From Octopus vulgaris (Eukaryota), in contig OX597824.1 of the NCBI GenBank assembly GCA_951406725.2, forward strand, positions 32,260,001 to 32,322,000: a DNA stretch of 62,000 nucleotides, written 5' to 3'. The position numbers were made by a program, and so were the translations under genes. Below are positions 58,601 to 62,000 of this stretch, piece after piece. Positions within the stretch are counted from its first letter, which is position 1. The number at the start of each line of letters is the position of its first letter. The notes beneath the pieces are model-generated. The model was not told the DNA's origin and did not search any database. It was given only the letters and a program-made list of their open reading frames with translations.

Positions 58601-59830
58601 TATCCAAGAAGTACTTCGACTCTGCTGTTGTACCTGCAAGTAGAAGCTTCAACGGCTGTGGTGGATCTTCAAGGAGGCGGGCAATTGGACCTTCTCGTTG
58701 GAGCAGCACATTCCGAAATTTTCTCCTGACCATCTTTTGGCGTTTCAGAACTGGCAAGTAAATGACATATCACCGATCTGAATATCTGGATAGATGGCAT
58801 AGTTGACATTGGGATCATAGTGGAATGCTTTTAAGAGCCACTGTGAATTGCAGGGTTTAGAAATGCCCCGGGCATTACCTCTTCTCTGAACATTATTCCC
58901 AAGCCTACTACTTCGATCTTCTACAGTCTCTGCAGTTCGCGCAGCAGCAGTTGCTGTAGCATCTCTATTCTGGCGAATGGCACTGTTCTCCGTCCTCTGA
59001 ACCTCGTGCAGCTGCAGCATTCCTAGTATGGCGAATGGCGCGCTGTTTTTCGTTGTCTGCAGCTCGCGCAGCTGCAGTTGCTGTAGCATCCCTTGTACGA
59101 CGAATAATGTGCTGTGACTGACTCAGGTTAGCATGTACTGAAGCTGTTAATGAAGCATTTCCGATCTGGCGACTGCTAAGCAGCTCCTCACTTTCCATAG
59201 CTCTTGCGGTGGTTGTGCAAGCAGCATTTTGTGAATGTCTTCGTGCAGTCTCATGCGAGGATTCATTTGCTCTCCTTCTCTTCGATGCTTCTGCTGGGGT
59301 GGTTTTGCGACCAATACGGGGTCTTTTCTTAGGTAGCATTATCTCAGAGTTTAGAAGCTTCAATTACAAAATGCAGATGTGGAAAAAGTAAATTTAAATA
59401 CACGGAGTGCAAAAACTTTAGAGACAGAAAACGGAGAATATCGGTTGAAAACTGCAAAAGTTTTTTTTAGAGAAAAAAAACCCCGTGCGAAACATTTTTT
59501 CTACAGTTTCTCGCTTTAAGCAAGAGCTCTGGGGAAAACGTTATAATGCATGACCATGCTTGGCACATAAGTAATGTGCGTGTAAAGTTTGGCGAAAATC
59601 GGTTGAAACTGTGCAGTGTTGCTGGTGCTATGTATGTAAAGATGTTGTTGATGAAGTCGGTGAGAGACATAATGGTCGCGGTGAAGATGGAGGTCGCTGT
59701 AATGCTGTTGGATGGGTGTTGTCTGGCGGAGTCACTGGAACTGGCTGTGTCATGTGGTCGGTGGCTAAACCTTAGAAGGTCTGGAACCAAAGACCTCGAG
59801 ACAAGGAGAAGCTGAATATTTATAAGTAAC
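55677..59830 (-). mobile_element. Decayed autonomous-type Helitron (Rep HUH plus PIF1 helicase fragments)
   Basis: NIRKYNCAFQMTSFG, FKVQGQAYHRIGS, STFTGGPRYM...YGRPDLFIAFICNP, LDAPGGGTGKT, VLDECTM, GDFRQTL, PTEFFNSLEPPGLPSHRL.LKVG; 3' hairpin cccggcattgctcggg and CTAG at 55677. Confidence 0.95.
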
Positions 59831-59834
59831 AGTA

Positions 59835-60871
59835 GGCTCAAAATTGGATTGTGAACAGACTGTCGCACGTGATCTTATTTAGGGACTTCGATTGATTAGG
59901 TAGCATATTGGCGTGATAGAGTAAGAGACAAATTGCGCCAATACCAATCAGTCAGAGTCCAAACAGCCGCCAAAGGATCTGCTACGTTCGGATGTATATA
60001 TATATATAATAAAGGAGAGAGGAAGTCCACTAGAATTAGCTACAAACAGCCCCTCTTCCACGAGTCATTTTGTGGGAGACAAAATAGACGATAAAAAGAA
60101 GATATTTTTGTAGCGAAGAGGTGAACAAAGTTGCGTAGCCAGCAAAACTTGATGTGCAAATGTGATGAACCTACGTCCAGCTAAGTGGAAATCACGAGAA
60201 TGCAAAAAAATCAAGGTATCAAGGTACATGAGAGAAGAATATTGGCTGCAATGAGAATGAGCAGTGCCAAGAATTTGCCTGCAAAACAGCGAGTTGTTTG
60301 CAGAGGCAAAGGCTGTAGGTGCTAGAAAAGCGACAGTGACTAACGAAGCTAGTCAAGCCATAAAGATGGTGGCAAAAGAAAGCAGTTCCAACATACAAGA
60401 AACTTGGTGTTGATCAGGCACCAAAGGAAGAAAAAAATGGAACGCCGCGTGATGCAAAGAAAAATGCGTTTATAAGAGGTGGTTTGTGCGTCCTACAAAC
60501 CAGCAAAGAAACGCATGACAAAAACACGTAAGGAGCTTTTATTCTTATTGCCAGATGAAAAAAGGCTGGAGAAAAACATTCTGCTAGAATAAACTTAGAA
60601 ATGCATCGTGTTATTTTGAGTGAATGCGTATGTAGTTTACGCTTAGTGAAATTCGCTCTCTCTCTGTTATATATACATGAATACGGACGTAGTAGATAAC
60701 AGCTAGCCTTCGGCCGCCCTTTTGCACCCTGTTGTGTCCACTACTCTGATTGGTTGGTATTGGTGCACTTTTGTCTCTTGCTCTGTTACGCACCAGTGCG
60801 CAACCCAACCAATCACAGCCTTCTGATTAGGTCACGAGAGACAGTGTCTTCCAAACATTCCGGTGAGCCGA
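59835..60871. mobile_element. About 1-kb element with long imperfect TIRs (about 170-200 bp) and a decayed basic ORF
   Basis: 59866-60020 pairs with 60655-60838 (gagtaagagacaaattgcgccaataccaatc / gattggttggtattggtgcacttttgtctcttgctc); termini ggctca / tgagcc. Confidence 0.6.
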
Positions 60872-60914
60872 TAGTACACTATAAAATACAAGCTTCAACA
60901 CCGTCTTTCATCTT

Positions 60915-61092
60915 TGGCTGTATCCAACCCAAATATTCTAGCTGTTTTATGTTAAAATTCCCTACAATGTCATTCTAAAAATATACAAACACACTATTGG
61001 AATCTTGAAGCTACAAAATGCATGATTAATTCAAAACAGTGAATAAATAAGCATTGCATTTGACTGAATTATTTGAAATGCCAAAGGTCTAA
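60915..61092. mobile_element. TTAA-type MITE copy (reverse, degraded)
   Basis: Reverse complement of the 18642 and 22813 family. Confidence 0.7.
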
Positions 61093-61094
61093 AG

Positions 61095-61312
61095 GAGAAA
61101 TTGCTCTTGTCAATGATGTCATCACTGTAAACATCCTGTAGCTTTCTGTGGATGTCAGACAGCCAGCACCTCTATTTTGTCTGTCAATGATGACATGTTG
61201 CTTCTGCTTGGAACTTGTTTTTTGCCTACAATTAAGGAGAACAGAATGAAGAGTTACTGCAGAGGATGAGCATCTGTATCTCTACCAACATGTACAATTT
61301 GAAAGGCCTGTG
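61095..61312 (-). mobile_element. Mariner 5' remnant
   Basis: KQKQHVII...DIHRKLQDVYSDDIIDKSNF resembles the mariner HTH N-terminus. Confidence 0.65.
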
Positions 61313-62000
61313 TGAGTTAATAAACGGTTATGCCTACTTTTGGATTGCTTTCATTTCAAACATCATACATGTGTGTTTGTGTGTGTGTGTGTGTGTAGAC
61401 ACATAAGATGAAATAACTTGCCAAAGTTTAATGCAGTTTCAATTTCTAGATTAAGATAGTTTGGTATTGGATATTCTTCACGTATAGTTTTCCTAGTCAA
61501 GTGAATCACCATCGTAAGTGGACATTAGAAATAAATAGACGAAATCCATTCACTTTTATAAAAAGATTAAAAAGAAAATGATGGCAAAATACTCGTTTTT
61601 TCACAATGAAAAATCGTTTCCTAATAACAGGAATTTCGCGACAAAAAGTATGTTTATTAAGCACAACAGCCTGCAGTGCATGCCGTTGGGCATTAAAAGC
61701 CAATCGCACAATCCAGGCCCATACTTTTGCCATCCTGTACAATCTTTTCTTCTTTTCTATACGACACCAAAAGTAAAGAAATCAATTAACCACATGTTTG
61801 TCAATTTTTTTTCACCAAAAACTTAGATTTTTTTCCCCACTTTTGTCATTCTGTAAAAATTCTTTTCTTTACGACATAGAAATTAAGAGAAAAATAGGTT
61901 TTTTCGTTACAACATAACGATTAAATTAATAAAGAGAAAAATATTCTTTTCTAAAGATCTTGCCTGGAACGATCATATCAGATCTTGGAGTAAATTAACA

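Noticed and set aside
61237-61311. Plus-strand exon-like segment EQNEELLQRMSICISTNMYNLKGL
   Set aside because: It lies in the antisense of a mariner 5' end.

Overview
AT-rich, repeat-dense eukaryotic DNA. The SINE, MITE and Helitron families and the microsatellite load suggest an octopus (cephalopod) genome; this is inference, no database search was run. The left half (246-28393, minus strand) holds the first 15 coding exons of a cytosolic glutamyl(-prolyl)-tRNA synthetase gene (EPRS1): GST-like domain, GluRS catalytic domain and start of the anticodon-binding domain. These total 1733 nt, all GT-AG with consistent phases, and the gene continues off the left edge. The right half is mostly transposon-derived: several tRNA-derived SINE families, at least 9 Helitron pieces including a decayed Rep/Helicase copy, a near-intact Merlin (ISXO2-like) transposase, Tc1/mariner, RTE, R4/Dong and Gypsy remnants. 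It also contains an unrecognised plus-strand spliced gene candidate (49263-55607). Best leads: a cluster of ATF4-type CARE elements in EPRS intron 1 directly upstream of an in-phase alternative ATG exon; hammerhead-ribozyme-like cores inside two palindromic elements, one in the EPRS pre-mRNA sense; and the orphan coiled-coil gene. Repeat boundaries are approximate (read by eye).
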